Shown: positions 1 to 10,900 of the stretch, in pieces
Position numbering within the stretch: the first letter of the stretch is position 1
How the letters are laid out: the number at the start of each line of letters is the position of its first letter
From: Giardia intestinalis
Taxonomy: Eukaryota
DNA: 64,000 nucleotides
NCBI GenBank assembly: GCA_000002435.2
Contig: CM018789.1
Strand: one strand, 5' to 3'
Made by a program: the position numbers and the translations under genes
Notes under the pieces: generated by a model
The model's database searches: none
What the model saw: only the letters and a program-made list of their open reading frames with translations
Told to the model about the DNA's origin: nothing

Positions 1-485
1 CGCTCGTCTTCACGAGCCGCCTGTTCTCCGTCCGCTCCACTATTGTACTCATGGGTTAAGAGGTTAAAGTTTGCGCCACTTAGATTCTTGGTGTTGCCAC
101 GCTCCCTTAAACGATTGAGATGATCTTGCTTTTCCTGCTCCTCCGCTTCTACCCGCTCAGCTATTCGCCGAGACCGTTCCATAGCAGCCTCGCCTCGAGC
201 TCGTAAGTAGTTTTCACGGCGCAACCTTTCCTCCTCGCGCCTGTTCCGTTCGATATCTAAAATGTTATCAGCAAATCTGTGATGTTCATCAATGTATGCA
301 GCAGAGTTTTGCGAGGCATGGTTGATGAATCCGGGATCCTCGTATTGGCAGTAATCCTCACGTCTCTGTGCAAGCCGCAACTTTTCCATATAATCTCTGT
401 CTTGGAGAGCGCGACGCTCCTCCCTGGTCATTGGCTTTATCCGCTGTCCAATAACTATGTCTTCGTCAACGATGCGACGGCTCAT
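1..485 (-). CDS. Partial CDS (N-terminal part; C-terminus lies beyond window start). Charged Arg/Glu-rich, probably coiled-coil, hypothetical protein.
   Basis: ATG (cat at 483-485 on + strand) preceded on the minus strand by an AT-rich tract. The minus-strand frame is open from 485 to position 1 with no stop (MSRRIVDEDIVIGQRIKPMTREERRALQDRDYMEKLRLAQ...). It is absent from the ORF track, presumably because no stop falls inside the window. Confidence 0.45.
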   Translation of the reverse strand, partial: MSRRIVDEDIVIGQRIKPMTREERRALQDRDYMEKLRLAQRREDYCQYEDPGFINHASQNSAAYIDEHHRFADNILDIERNRREEERLRRENYLRARGEAAMERSRRIAERVEAEEQEKQDHLNRLRERGNTKNLSGANFNLLTHEYNSGADGEQAAREDE

Positions 486-525
486 TTGAAGATTGCCCGG
501 TAAATTTTTAAAATTTGGATTTTTA

Positions 526-2469
526 TTATAGGCCTGTTTCGGTGTCCCGGTAGGCGTCGCGTAGGATATCTTGTAACTTGACACTCATCTCTGAGAGGCT
601 TTCCAAGACACTTATGTTACTAGGTAAATCTGAGAGACGATCCATGTTAACTCTACCGGTGGCGTCCTCTTCGAACAGCCGCTGCATTCTCCTAGGGCTG
701 TGCTTGGAGTTCTTGTCTAAGCGCGTAGGTGATCCCTTAAAGGAGGCGTGCGATGCACGAGGAGAGGAAGGTGTCGCCTCCTTTGTCTCTGCAACCAATT
801 TCTCTTTAAAATCTAAACAGGTGTACTTCTTCAATCTTTCATTGAGTATATTGTTCTTCAGATTAAGTGATTGATTCTGCTCCTTTAGTGTTGCGATCAT
901 GTTTGCTGCCAGTTTCATGTGCACTTGCATCTTGCGAAGGAGTTCAATAGAGTCCGGCTCAACAGACTCACCGTCCAGCATGAGCGCAATTTTCTTTTTG
1001 AGTCTATCATTCTCAACCTCTATTTCTGCTAGTTTTGTTTGCAACAGTGCAATAGTTTCCTTGTCAGCAGTTATTCGCTTGTTCTTTTCCAGAACGCGGT
1101 CATGGTCCTGCTGCAGCTCCTCCAGTTTGAGACTTATCTCCTCAAGTTTTGCCTTATAGCTATTGTTCTCAAGCTCTAGTGTCCGTGAGCACTCTGCAGC
1201 ACGTCTCATTTGCTCCTTCATATCTTTAATCACGTCTTCGTACCTTTGCAATGATGCAGCTTTGGCATCGTCCAGAAGAGGGTTTGGCTTGGCTCGTTCC
1301 AGGTCTGCATTGAGGCCCTTTAACCTGGTGGCCTCCTGGTCAGCGATTTGAAGGGCAATGGTGAGCTTGGACAGGGTTGCATTCAGATTTGAAATTTCTA
1401 CTACCTTTGCAGCAAGGTCATCTTTTACAATCTGCAGCTCTTTCTCTGCATCTAAGGCACGTTTTCGCAATGACCCCTCCACGTCTGTCTGCTGGGCTTG
1501 AAGTTCAGATTGGAGTGAGGCAGTTCTTCTCTTTTCTGCGATAATTGCGCTCTTTAATACAGATATGTCTCCTAGTAACTCTTCTATTTTCGCTTTATAT
1601 TCTACTGAAGCCCGAGAGAGCTCGTCAACCTTCTTTTCTGCCTTTTTCCGTAGCTCTTCTGCTTTCTCCAAGTCTGCACGTGCAGACTCCTTAGTATTGC
1701 ATAGCTTCAGACGAAGCTCTTCCACGTCGTGTTTGTACTTTGCAACGGATCTCTCTAGATCCTCTTCCTTGAGCTGGAGTTCACGCTGGAGAGTTGTTAT
1801 TTTGTGCTGCATGTCACTTTTGGTGGTTCTTTGCCGTTCAGCTGACAGGGACTGCGCATTCTCAAGCTCCTTGCGCAGTGAATCTCGTTCTATCTGCAGG
1901 GAAGCAACCTCTTGCTGCAACTTGACCAAAGTCTCATGGAGGCTTAAAGCATCAAGCCGAGCTTTCTCTGCTTCTTCTTTACTGTCCCTGCTTTCTTTGG
2001 CTGCATTCTCTGCTTTTTCTTCCATCATCTTGTGTTGCATCTCATATCTTTCTATTATTATTTGATTGGCTGTCGCCTTTTTAGTTGCCTCGGACTCTTG
2101 TGTCCTAATTGCCTGTAGCTGTATGGTAGTGTCAGACAGTTTCTGAGACAGGTCTGCTATTTCTAACCGCGCCTTATGGAGTTCTGTCTTTAGGCTTTTG
2201 TTCTCTGTGACAGTTATGTCATAGTGCAAGAGCTTCTGGTCCAAGATAGCTAGCTGATTTATCGCTGTTCCGGCTCGCTCCTTTTCCTTCTTCAAGTCGT
2301 TTGAGAGCGTATTTAGCTCCGCCTCAAGAATGTCGATTGTCTTGTCGCGTTCCAACAGAAGCGCGTAGTTATAATTAAAATCATCTGTCAGCTTCTTATT
2401 AGCTTGACGCTCTGCATTCAGCTGGGCCTCTATGTCACGGGCAAGGTTGAGGAGCAGGCCTTGATCCAT
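526..2469 (-). CDS. Long coiled-coil protein (hypothetical)
   Basis: 647-aa ORF with ATG start. Heptad-like E/K/L/Q-rich composition throughout. The Ser-rich ORFs on the opposite strand are the expected antisense artefact of GAG/AAG-rich coding sequence. Confidence 0.7.
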   Translation of the reverse strand: MDQGLLLNLARDIEAQLNAERQANKKLTDDFNYNYALLLERDKTIDILEAELNTLSNDLKKEKERAGTAINQLAILDQKLLHYDITVTENKSLKTELHKARLEIADLSQKLSDTTIQLQAIRTQESEATKKATANQIIIERYEMQHKMMEEKAENAAKESRDSKEEAEKARLDALSLHETLVKLQQEVASLQIERDSLRKELENAQSLSAERQRTTKSDMQHKITTLQRELQLKEEDLERSVAKYKHDVEELRLKLCNTKESARADLEKAEELRKKAEKKVDELSRASVEYKAKIEELLGDISVLKSAIIAEKRRTASLQSELQAQQTDVEGSLRKRALDAEKELQIVKDDLAAKVVEISNLNATLSKLTIALQIADQEATRLKGLNADLERAKPNPLLDDAKAASLQRYEDVIKDMKEQMRRAAECSRTLELENNSYKAKLEEISLKLEELQQDHDRVLEKNKRITADKETIALLQTKLAEIEVENDRLKKKIALMLDGESVEPDSIELLRKMQVHMKLAANMIATLKEQNQSLNLKNNILNERLKKYTCLDFKEKLVAETKEATPSSPRASHASFKGSPTRLDKNSKHSPRRMQRLFEEDATGRVNMDRLSDLPSNISVLESLSEMSVKLQDILRDAYRDTETGL

Positions 2470-2522
2470 AAAGTGTAAAATTTAATCCTGGTTCACCCTG
2501 CTCTTTACAATCGGATATAGCC

Positions 2523-5500
2523 ATGTTTTTTCTTCGTGGAGAGCGATCTGCATGGCTGAAACCCGCAGCACTGCCGCGATACCTTCAGTATATGCCCGAC
2601 GGGTGGGTTGACGTGACAGACACGAAGCACACAGAGTTATCGGTATTCACCCCATCTACTGTCTTCTACATCCCACAATTCGTGCAATCTGACGGTGCCG
2701 CGCCTTCTGCTATTGCATATGATTATAATACATCTATGCTTTACCGATTTTCGGACCTAAGTCACATGGAATCGAGTCCACTTGGGTTGGACTCTGCGGA
2801 GAAGGCCGCCTGCTGTGTCTTTCGCGGAAATGAGTATCTGGTACTCCTTATAAAGAGTACGGCAAAGCTGTATGCACTTGCACCTGGCCAGCCCCCGCGC
2901 TACTTGGACAAAGCAACCATCTATGAACGCATCGAATACATATATCTTGTATCATGTGATTCGAATCTATATTTAGTTAGCCAATCCGACAAGTCTATTA
3001 AGCTTCGCGGCCTGACTCCTGCAGACCCGTCAAGCCCAAACTTACACCTGAGAAATATATCTGTTTTGCTTCAGCCGATTGAGTCTCAGCGAGAGTCAGT
3101 GACCGGTCTCAAAGCAGGGGTTGGGCTATCTTCTGCCTTAAGAGTGTCTAAACTGCACTATGCTTTTCCCTTCCTACACAGGTACATTGCCATTTTGTAC
3201 ACTCCTTCTTTAGACCTTACTGACTCATTAGATCCTAAGAAGGTAGCGATGCTTCCCGTCCGGATATTGTTGATAGATCCCGTGCTCATGTCCGCAGACC
3301 ACGTTGCCCACGAAGAGCCTGTTTCTAGACTGGATATGATGATTCATAAGATTCTTTCCTTTCAGCTTTACCTCCTGGCGAGGATAGGACCTGATGACTT
3401 AAAGCAGCGAGCTCATAGACTAAGTGCAACTGTGCGAAGGTATAACGACTTTATCGAAACAGGGCGTATAACTCTTCCAGATGCTATTCACGTCTGCTTT
3501 GATATCTCGAAAGATAAGCAATCTAGGGATGATCTAAATCTGGGGGTTTCTTCCATCGTGGATCCCCAGCTCACCCGCCACACACCCCCGACAGATCCCA
3601 TAGCAGAAACACCGGTCATAGGGGATGAATCCAGCTTATTTGGCTCCGCTCGCAAAAGCGTTCAGCAATCTATACGCAGCCTTCCCGATGAAGAGCACTC
3701 CAGCCCTACTAAGGACTGGATTAACCCAGGCGAGACACTAAGGAATACTCTTCTCAAAGAAGGGGGATCGCGGGCCTTCAGTCCTGCAATGGAATGTCCT
3801 CCTGCGCTTATTGACACATCTAGTAGAGAAGCTCATGCAGCAGGTGAGAGGCTACACTCGCTGGACTCAACTATGCAGCTCACAGACATACAGATGCAGT
3901 CTAAGGTCACGCACGGGACGTCCAAGCTCTCTCAAGATGTGTATAAGCCTTCTACATCCACTGTGTCTGTGCACACGCTTCAAGCTCCTGAAGGTTCTGA
4001 CTCTGGTGCTATGATGGCTCTAATCACAAATCTCTCTGGTCTGGTCGAGGCTCAGCAAGAGAAGAGCCGTGCAATGGATGCTCGAATATCTGAGCTATCT
4101 ACCGCGCTCTCCTCGGCCACAGAGACTATAAAGCGCCTCGACCTAGAAAACGGTGAGCTCAGGGAGCGGGTCGTGTACCTGGAGGAGGTTCATAACTCTA
4201 ATATGAAAGGACCCCGAGCCTTGACATATAATGATCTGGGCCAGCTAAAGGAAGAAGTATCCATCTATGCAATGACAGACATTATCTCTACGTTCGATCG
4301 GCTGGCGGACAAAGTTGACTCGGATACAAACAATCTCAAAACAAAATTGTTCACAATGATTGACAAAGAGATAGGTGCTAAAGTTGAGTCATCACTTCGT
4401 CAAACTCTTGAATCTTTAGAAATGAAGCTCAGACAACAGCTCGATAAGGATTTAGAAGCCCTTACGTCTGGCTTAAGTTCCTCCATAGAAACGCTTAAGT
4501 TGGAAGTCGTCTCCAAAGAGACCATATCAAAATTGCTTAGCTCAGTCGTTGAGACAAACGAGGAGAGACTGTCCAGTGTGGTTAATGAGCTCTCCATTAG
4601 TCAAGAGAGATCTATTGAAGACACAACTATTCAATTGGGAAAGCTAGCTAATGAGATTGCAATTGAAAACGCAAGAACAACCTCTCTCGAAACCAATATT
4701 GAGAAGGTGTGGGCGTCCATGCATGCTCTCGAGAGGGAATGTGCTGCATCGCTGCCACTCCATTTAGAGAGTCACTTTCGGAGTTTTATGAACACTATGT
4801 TAACCACTGAGACCACACCAGTATTTAGGGCCTTTTTCAATCGTAGCCTTGAAGAGTACATGACATCTGCAGGAAGCTTAACTAACAATCCACACATTAA
4901 AAATATAGAAAAGCGGCTGGAGGAGGAAGCTCGTAGCATGCGTTCTGAGTTCAGGAGCGAGATCAATGAGCTTGCAACGAGCCTCAAAAGAATCAATCTA
5001 GAAGCGGCGTTACCTCATTCTTCTCTCACTGATGCCACACTCAAAAGGCTTGCAGAGCAGATAGAGGCCCAAAATGAATCCATACTGAGCTTGCAGATAC
5101 AGGTTGGCGCCGCAGCAACAAATGCTGCAGCGGCAACCACAGCGTCATCTCTTGTAGATAGCAAGACAGCAATCTTCAAGTATATTATTCAAAGGCTAAA
5201 CACAGACTACCTTCCTACCTTTGCTGCTGATGTAACAGCAATTGTTATTCAACGCGTCAAGGATGACCTGGAGTCAGATAGGGCCACGGCGGATAACCGC
5301 GCACTTATAGAGGAAGTCGTTACTAGCAGCAGAATAATCAACCAAATAGAGACACTGTCAACTAGAACGTATGTTAACTTGCTGGATAAGATACCTGGAA
5401 TTGTGGACCAGGAACTAAAGGAAAAGATGCCTCACCAAATAAACGAGCAGATCGCTAAGCATCTCGCAGAAGAGATATACTCTCTGAAAAATATTTCGTT

Positions 5501-6608
5501 CCTTGACACTCTGTATGCACGAATCGCTGAAATGATGGCCAAGGAGGGCAAGATGCAAGAGAGTATTGTGTCCTCTGTAACTATGAATATTCTACAGGAG
5601 CTGTCTCGCATTTCAAACATTGACTCTCCTCTATCTCCGCTGGCCCAGTTTAAGACCGGTTTGGTTTCCCAGATGGGCAACATGATAAAGGAATATATGA
5701 GAGAGTATGCTTCCAATCACTTAAAGCCATCGCTCGTTACACAAATGGAGTCTATGGTTATGACTTTGGGTGGCACGCAGCGCATGTCCAGCACCCTGGG
5801 CGGGGTAGAAGAGGCCACGCGGACATTCGCACATCAAGATTCCCATGCAATTGAAGGAGGCGCAATTCTATCGAGGCTAAAAAGCCTTGAGAAAAGGGTT
5901 GACCTTGCTATGACTAGCTCACACGATTCCAGTCGTGAGGGAGGTACTTCTGCTGAGATCATTGACGAGTTTTCCAAGGTCTACCTGGCAATGGAAAAGC
6001 AAAGGAAGGATATCAAAGCGGTTCAATTGATGGCTAAGGCATCCCAGGATAAGTGTGACGAATTAAACGTCCATGTAGAAAAGCTGGAAAATAAAACAGA
6101 TAAGTTGCACCACCTTCTATTCAACCCAAAATCGGTGAAGGGGAGTAATATAGAGATGATATTAGCCAGAGTTGACAACGTCATGCTAAAGCAAACAAAG
6201 CTCGAGGGTGAAGTAAGAAGCGATGTCAAGGAGCTTAAGGAGTCGATCGTCTACATGGACAGATACGTTGACAAGCTACGAGTGAAGTTTGATGCCACTG
6301 ATAAGAGTTCTAGTGATGGATTGGAGCTGCACTCGGCAGGTCATGTTTCTGAGCACGGAGGAGTAGATAGCCTGACTGTTTCACAGCTCCGAGGGTCACG
6401 GCATGGGATAGGAAGCCAGCATGGCATTATGACAACCCCGCTCGTCGACCGCTTGTGTCTCTTTATGTATGGAATTGCACGTGTATTGCAGATAAAGATG
6501 GGAGGTAGATACTATGGGAAAGCAATCCTTGAATGTGATAAGCAAGATATCCGTGAGGTGATTAACATCTTGGAGCGCACGGTAATAGACTACGTAAACT
6601 TTGAATAG
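2523..6608 (+). CDS. Large hypothetical protein (1361 aa). C-terminal half is coiled-coil-rich.
   Basis: Uninterrupted 4.1-kb ORF with ATG start. Diverges head-to-head from 526..2469 across a 53-bp AT-rich spacer. Confidence 0.7.
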   Translation: MFFLRGERSAWLKPAALPRYLQYMPDGWVDVTDTKHTELSVFTPSTVFYIPQFVQSDGAAPSAIAYDYNTSMLYRFSDLSHMESSPLGLDSAEKAACCVFRGNEYLVLLIKSTAKLYALAPGQPPRYLDKATIYERIEYIYLVSCDSNLYLVSQSDKSIKLRGLTPADPSSPNLHLRNISVLLQPIESQRESVTGLKAGVGLSSALRVSKLHYAFPFLHRYIAILYTPSLDLTDSLDPKKVAMLPVRILLIDPVLMSADHVAHEEPVSRLDMMIHKILSFQLYLLARIGPDDLKQRAHRLSATVRRYNDFIETGRITLPDAIHVCFDISKDKQSRDDLNLGVSSIVDPQLTRHTPPTDPIAETPVIGDESSLFGSARKSVQQSIRSLPDEEHSSPTKDWINPGETLRNTLLKEGGSRAFSPAMECPPALIDTSSREAHAAGERLHSLDSTMQLTDIQMQSKVTHGTSKLSQDVYKPSTSTVSVHTLQAPEGSDSGAMMALITNLSGLVEAQQEKSRAMDARISELSTALSSATETIKRLDLENGELRERVVYLEEVHNSNMKGPRALTYNDLGQLKEEVSIYAMTDIISTFDRLADKVDSDTNNLKTKLFTMIDKEIGAKVESSLRQTLESLEMKLRQQLDKDLEALTSGLSSSIETLKLEVVSKETISKLLSSVVETNEERLSSVVNELSISQERSIEDTTIQLGKLANEIAIENARTTSLETNIEKVWASMHALERECAASLPLHLESHFRSFMNTMLTTETTPVFRAFFNRSLEEYMTSAGSLTNNPHIKNIEKRLEEEARSMRSEFRSEINELATSLKRINLEAALPHSSLTDATLKRLAEQIEAQNESILSLQIQVGAAATNAAAATTASSLVDSKTAIFKYIIQRLNTDYLPTFAADVTAIVIQRVKDDLESDRATADNRALIEEVVTSSRIINQIETLSTRTYVNLLDKIPGIVDQELKEKMPHQINEQIAKHLAEEIYSLKNISFLDTLYARIAEMMAKEGKMQESIVSSVTMNILQELSRISNIDSPLSPLAQFKTGLVSQMGNMIKEYMREYASNHLKPSLVTQMESMVMTLGGTQRMSSTLGGVEEATRTFAHQDSHAIEGGAILSRLKSLEKRVDLAMTSSHDSSREGGTSAEIIDEFSKVYLAMEKQRKDIKAVQLMAKASQDKCDELNVHVEKLENKTDKLHHLLFNPKSVKGSNIEMILARVDNVMLKQTKLEGEVRSDVKELKESIVYMDRYVDKLRVKFDATDKSSSDGLELHSAGHVSEHGGVDSLTVSQLRGSRHGIGSQHGIMTTPLVDRLCLFMYGIARVLQIKMGGRYYGKAILECDKQDIREVINILERTVIDYVNFE

Positions 6609-6621
6609 GTGCTACTTCCAA

Positions 6622-7947
6622 CTAATCTCGTTCAGGATCTGGCTTGGCAAAGTCACGCAGTCTTCTCAAGCACACGTTATCGGCATCAATCATGAGGTCG
6701 TTTATTATCTTGCAGATGTCGTTGTATGTACGTGTCGATGCATTCATTGCCTTGCGATGCTTCTCTGAATGGTGCTGCAAGAACGGTCTCAGGTTGTCAT
6801 GGTACCTTTCTCCTCCCCGGACAAATGGAAGGAGCATCTTTTCTCCTCCGTGCAAAGGGGTGCTAGTAGACAAGTAGGCGGCCCCTAGGACCTGCTTTAG
6901 AACTTGCAAGTTAACCAGGTGCACGTCATCAACGTAGAGCTCCCTCTGCCTATAAGGTGTGGTCCCCCCTCCTGGAGCAGCCACCCAATACTTCTTGTCT
7001 GATAACCCCCTGTACACCAAGGATGCAATTATATCAATGATTGCGTTAGCATGTGCGATCCTCTGGAGACACTCTTGACTATTGGCTTGCTTTCTGGAAT
7101 ATAACGCTATCTTCGATCGATCCGACTCCTTCGGGAGGGCCTTTCCATCCATAATGTCTGCAATCTCTGCTGGATGCAGTGCTTCTGAGACACTGCACGA
7201 CCATCTAGGTAAGAGTATGTTGATTTTGCGTGTATAGTTACGAATTCTTTCCAGATCTTCATGTATCTTACTTACCAGTTCTGGGACGGATTCTTCTATA
7301 GACAGAGATCCTTGCGTTTGAGGAAGGGTCCTAGTGCGGCTCTGTGGCCGCTGGTTAAGTGATAGAGCTTTCTGGATGGGTGCTGCACCCTTGGCTCCGC
7401 CTCTGGAATCGCTTAGCTTGTGTGTCCCTTTGTTACTCACTACACCTTCTTTTGTAACGCTTTCAGCACATAAGTGAATGCCTGAGACATTGATAGAGGT
7501 AAAAAGGGCAACGTGTAGGAGGCGAGAAATTAACACAACGTAGCAAATTGCTAAAGCCATAGTATGGCCATCAAAGTCTGCCACAGCCCTACAAAGGTCG
7601 GCGGTGTGAACATGAGTACGTGTGATAGAGAAAGCAAATCCCATTTTGATGAGGGCGTTCTCCATGACCAAAAGAAAGTCCCGCGCTGTGGGACGGACTT
7701 TATCTCGACTTCTGTACTCCGCGGCAAGGGCTTGGAGCTGGGCAGATGGATCGGCAAGCTGGCCCCGGTAGTAATACACTGCTATTAGAAGGTCGTGTAG
7801 CGAGTAGAAAAGTGCAGAGACGTCCGATTTCTCAAGCATCTCTGAATTTGCTATTCCTCGGTAAAGAGTTTCTGGAGTCAAGGAAGTAATACCCGCGTGT
7901 TTCATGGCTCGCACCACACAGCCTATGGCTGTCTTGACAGTGGCCAT
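6622..7947 (-). CDS. Hypothetical protein (441 aa)
   Basis: Uninterrupted ORF with ATG start. Convergent with the upstream gene (13-bp gap). Diverges from 7958..12880 across 10 bp. Confidence 0.6.
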   Translation of the reverse strand: MATVKTAIGCVVRAMKHAGITSLTPETLYRGIANSEMLEKSDVSALFYSLHDLLIAVYYYRGQLADPSAQLQALAAEYRSRDKVRPTARDFLLVMENALIKMGFAFSITRTHVHTADLCRAVADFDGHTMALAICYVVLISRLLHVALFTSINVSGIHLCAESVTKEGVVSNKGTHKLSDSRGGAKGAAPIQKALSLNQRPQSRTRTLPQTQGSLSIEESVPELVSKIHEDLERIRNYTRKINILLPRWSCSVSEALHPAEIADIMDGKALPKESDRSKIALYSRKQANSQECLQRIAHANAIIDIIASLVYRGLSDKKYWVAAPGGGTTPYRQRELYVDDVHLVNLQVLKQVLGAAYLSTSTPLHGGEKMLLPFVRGGERYHDNLRPFLQHHSEKHRKAMNASTRTYNDICKIINDLMIDADNVCLRRLRDFAKPDPERD

Positions 7948-7957
7948 GTTTTAAAAA
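7948..7957. promoter_or_regulatory. 10-bp AT-rich bidirectional intergenic spacer (gttttaaaaa) between two divergent start codons
   Basis: cat (7945-7947) and atg (7958-7960) are separated only by gttttaaaaa. This matches the minimal A/T-rich initiator-type promoters described for Giardia-like genomes. Confidence 0.45.
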
Positions 7958-10900
7958 ATGACTTTTTTTGAACCCAACTATCTCGCCGAGGCTTTAAGCT
8001 TCCGATCACGCCTCACTATTGGCTTACACATCAATAAGACCAGTGCAGAGTTGTGTGCGCGAAATGGTATAGATTTGCTCCACTTTTTGCGGAATATGCC
8101 ACCATATCGTGTACAAGCTCCTCTGACTGCAGACTACATCAATTACCAAGGAAGACGAACGTCTGCTGTGTTAAACAATCTCCAATTTAAGTTGTATCTA
8201 GTCGATGAACTAGCCTCTATTCCGCTTCGTGTTTCACAAATTGTCACACCAGCTCCTGACCAAGCAATAGCCAGCGCCAATGATACGCTCATTAAGAACG
8301 CTCTTGGACAATTAGTGCAGCACTTTCAGGGCTCATCACGCAACTCCACGTCCTCTTTGTCTACCAGCCTCCACTCTAGCACCATTGAAAGCATCTCGTC
8401 TGATATCCTCCGGGATATAGTTTCTGCATACGCCAATGCTGGCTTCGCCCAGTTTAGATGCTTTGAGCATGACTTCTTGGACAACCCCGTTGGGTATCTG
8501 GCTGTCTGTGCAATGACTGACTCTCGCGAAGAGAAGATAGCGGCTATTAAGAAAATAACCACAGGACTGCCCGCAGTTCTTCAAGGTGCTGTCTCTGGCA
8601 TGTCTGACAACGACGTCTGCCTAACATTATTGATCATAGACCTTTATCCCACTGATCGATCGAGTCAGTATATCGATCCAGGATTACATAATGAACTAAC
8701 ACGTTATCGCGTCAAGCCGCTTTACCTCAATTTACAGCTGTTTCAGCAATACATTATGGAACCTTCAACGGACGTTAACATTACTGAGTATTTGCAAAGC
8801 ACGCATACTAAACGCTACTTCGAGTACTTATTTTCATGTGAGGGCTTCGCCGCAGATATGTACAGTGATATTGTCTGGTCTCCCATGGCAATGGATCCAT
8901 CCAGCGAGGATAAAAAAGGTCTCTATGCACGCCCCACGGTCTCAGACCTGATTGTTAAGCAAAGCAATGTACTCTTCAGCTTTTTCAACACGGTGTTCTC
9001 ATACTATCTAAAGACCATCTTGATCCCATTCCTGGCTTCGAAACTATTTAACATCTCTGAAAGCTGCGAGGAGACAGTTAGCGTAGGGAAGAAGATGGCC
9101 AATATTTTAGCCGGTCACCACACGTCCGCTAAGCAGGCAACTCGTACGGTTCCAGCACATGCTCATTTATCACAAGGAAAGGCATTCTATACGAAGTTCC
9201 CCATCGAGTACAGAATTCGCCGTCTGGCAGATTTACTCTTGCAATGCAACCTTATTGATGACGCTTGCGCGTACTACGAGACTTTGCTTCCAAGACAAAA
9301 GCATAAGGCGACCTCTCCTTTCGTGGCAGAGGCATATGAGGGTGCGGCCTTCGCTAGTTTACGCAAGTACTTTGCAAACTATTCGTTTGATAATGCGCAT
9401 GTCCACATTTCTGCCGACGACACCTCAAAACTCCTGAAGTACTACGGAGAGGCGTTGCGCATCATTAACGATTGTTTATCGGACCCTACATTGGGACATG
9501 TGAGCCTTTGCAACGCCTCCTTGCACAGCCCTTTCCGGCTGTCTGGCCAAGTATTTAACTCTCCGTTACAAAACGCTGAAAACGGTCTGAGCCCCTTCAC
9601 ACCAACGCCCGCCTTTCAGACACGCATATCTGTCTATCGCCTCTTTGACTATAAGCGATATCTTGAGATAATGGCGGCCTTGGTGTACACTGTGTCGGGA
9701 CAGAGCTTCCATTTGGTGGAAAAGACCTTTTCCTACGCTATTCCTCACACGATCAACTCTCTCACAGCAGCGCTTTCCTACCTGGTTTCTAGCTTTCTTC
9801 TCTGTGAGGCACGATATGTACGCCTGGGAACAGAGTCGGCATTCAGAGCAGGCGCACTTTTCTTTAACGACCGTCTTTTCAATCTAGCCTTTCTGTGCTT
9901 TACGTATGCCTTCATGAACTTAGATCGGCCTCATCTGCTGCCAGCACTTAAGACAGGATGGTGGTTTGCAACCGTTTATGAGTCAGAGCTCCTCTATTGC
10001 AGGACACGGGCGTTGCGTTCAGAAAGATTGGATCTACAGACTGCCGCAACAAAGGAGCCGACGCTGATTGATGCCCTTTCAAATAAGATTCTTCAGCTCC
10101 TTAAGAACACCACTTCTAAGCAGATGCAAACAGAACTATTCTATCCTAAGGACATCTCCTCTATTGTTAAGCATACGCCATCAACATTTTCTGACCCATC
10201 CTCTCCAATAGGTTCATGTTTTGCGTCTCTACAACGGCTCTTGATCACAAACCAGGTTGCCCTCCCCCAGCTCATGAGTCTCTTTTGTCTTCCCTTCTCT
10301 ACGGCCAAAGAAATAGAAGAGCGTAGTCTTAGATTTTGCATCAAGAACGTCACACCCCCAGTACGCAACATCGGAGAAACCCCTCTGCGCTATACAGTTC
10401 GTTTGTTCAGCGACCTCATTCAGTCGACCAACGGGGATGCAGACTCTAGCATTAACACGTTCCTTAAAAAGGCGTTTACACCAGCACGGAAGTTCATTGT
10501 AAGAGACTACCTGGTCGACTTTTTGACCCATATTGCTCCGCGACTAACAAACTTTGATTACAAGGTACTCTTAAAAGCTGATGCAGAAAAGCTGAAGATA
10601 ATCCACAAGGAGATACGGATTCCAAGCGTCTCTGTTAGCGGGCTTTATCACCCTAATATCAACCTTTCTTCTATTATCTTATTGGATAGCAAATCTCTCC
10701 CTTGTCCATTTGAGACTCTTCAGGGATTGGTGTATCACAAGCTGGCCAAAACCCAGCTACTGGATCAGCTAAATAACATCAAAGCAATACGAGCCGGCGA
10801 AACTGCTATGGCGATCTTCTGTCTCAGTAACGAATATCCGCTGCTGGATTATGATATTAAGAAAGTGGAGCTGTCGTTATGTTTTTATGATGAAAGCAAC

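Noticed and set aside
279-503. 74-aa plus-strand ORF at the window start
   Set aside because: It lies antisense to a better-supported partial minus-strand gene (1..485), which has an ATG, an AT-rich upstream tract and a long open frame.
1565-2065. Ser-rich 166-aa ORF and neighbours antisense to the coiled-coil gene 526..2469
   Set aside because: This is the classic antisense artefact of GAG/AAG/CTC-rich coiled-coil coding sequence.
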